The notes beneath the pieces are model-generated. The model worked only from the letters and a program-made list of their open reading frames with translations, had not been told where the DNA came from and ran no database searches. Position numbers and translations under genes: made by a program. A stretch of DNA of 64,000 nt from an uncultured Acidimicrobiales bacterium (GTDB lineage: Bacteria; Actinomycetota; Acidimicrobiia; Acidimicrobiales; UBA10347): contig CALSSD010000008.1 in the NCBI GenBank assembly GCA_943788915.1, positions 62,001 to 126,000 of the forward strand, given 5' to 3'. Position 1 is the first letter of the stretch. Each line of letters begins with the position of its first letter. Shown here piece by piece: positions 63,138 to 64,000 of the stretch.

Positions 63138-64000
63138 TCAGTCGCTGATGGACGCGAGTTCCTTACGGACTGGCTTCAGATCTGGGGCGAAGCGCCACGC
63201 CAGAAAGAAGACGAAGCCGCCGCCCATACTCAGACCGGCCGCCACCATGTAGCTCGTGGTGTAACTCGCCACATCGTGGAGCCAGCCAAGCAAATATGGA
63301 CCACCGGCCACACCAAGACCGGTGACGATCAGCTGCATGACCGAGTAGATGCGCGGATAGTCAACAACCCCGAATCGATCCGCGATCACCAAAGGTTGCA
63401 GCATCAGAAGGTTGCCGATTGTGCAGCCGAACAATATGGCTGCCGCAATCAACATCACCTTGCCATGGACCTGGCTGATCCAGATCAGTGAGAAACCTTG
63501 CACGATCGAAAGGATCGAGGTCATTGCGATGAGCCGAAGTCGCGATGCAACAACACCGCCGATGAGCCGAGCGATAACCGAGGCCAGGGCGACCGCAAAT
63601 ACCAACGCAGCTCCGGCATCGGCCCGTTCGGTTCCAAATTTGAACAGCTGAGCGATGCCGCCTACCTGGGCCCCCATGGCCAGGATGAAACCGACGGTGA
63701 CCAGCCAGAAGAACCGACTTGCCACCGCTTGCTTATAGGGAACCCCGGTCGGGGCGGTCGCAGCTTTGCCTGTGGCCGACACTTCGCCGTCGGGGAGTTG
63801 GCCTCGTGTAGCTGGGTCGGGCCATAACGCAACCAGAGAAATGGCCACCGTGACCAAATAGATGAGCGCCAACCATGGCGAAGCATCGGACATGCCCTTG
63901 CGGTCAATGATTGTCGATGCAAGCACGGTGATCGTGAGTCCGCCAACAGACAAGCCAGTGGAAGCAACGGATAGCGCCACCGAACGTTTGACATGGAACC
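63138..64000 (-). CDS. MFS transporter, C-terminal part (5' end outside window)
   Basis: Multiple TM helices, ARLIGG, ADRFG..DYPRIY, GPYLLGWLHD. Confidence 0.8.
   Translation of the reverse strand, partial: FHVKRSVALSVASTGLSVGGLTITVLASTIIDRKGMSDASPWLALIYLVTVAISLVALWPDPATRGQLPDGEVSATGKAATAPTGVPYKQAVASRFFWLVTVGFILAMGAQVGGIAQLFKFGTERADAGAALVFAVALASVIARLIGGVVASRLRLIAMTSILSIVQGFSLIWISQVHGKVMLIAAAILFGCTIGNLLMLQPLVIADRFGVVDYPRIYSVMQLIVTGLGVAGGPYLLGWLHDVASYTTSYMVAAGLSMGGGFVFFLAWRFAPDLKPVRKELASISD

Overview
High-GC actinobacterial DNA, most likely Acidimicrobiia. This is inferred from gene content (F420-type PPOX proteins, Lhr-Nei, LigC/PrimPolC, HelD) and from many apparently leaderless TANNNT promoters. 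About 55 protein genes: catabolic/redox enzymes on the left; haem synthesis, DNA repair and transport on the right. No rRNA, tRNA, CRISPR array or intact mobile element was seen. At least ten genes carry single-base frameshifts, mostly at short homopolymers, which are probably sequencing or assembly errors. The main hidden signal is UGA/selenocysteine recoding in two genes that the ORF track splits. One is a GrdB/PrdB-like U-P-V-C protein coupled to a glutaredoxin (23241-24391). The other is a class I SAM methyltransferase with a D-V-L-C-U motif (9353-10169) just upstream of a stand-alone LanC-like protein with a CCG zinc motif. Both UGA codons are followed by hairpins of the same geometry (11 nt, 6-bp stem, loop starting CGUG). 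Other signals: an exact 16-bp promoter-like motif linking a membrane-anchored ECF sigma locus to a secreted protein, REP-like palindromes, in-frame tandem repeats in Lhr and TrmH, an sqdB/methyltransferase deletion scar, and a metallo-beta-lactamase-fold protein lacking its metal ligands. All family assignments come from motif recognition, not database searches.
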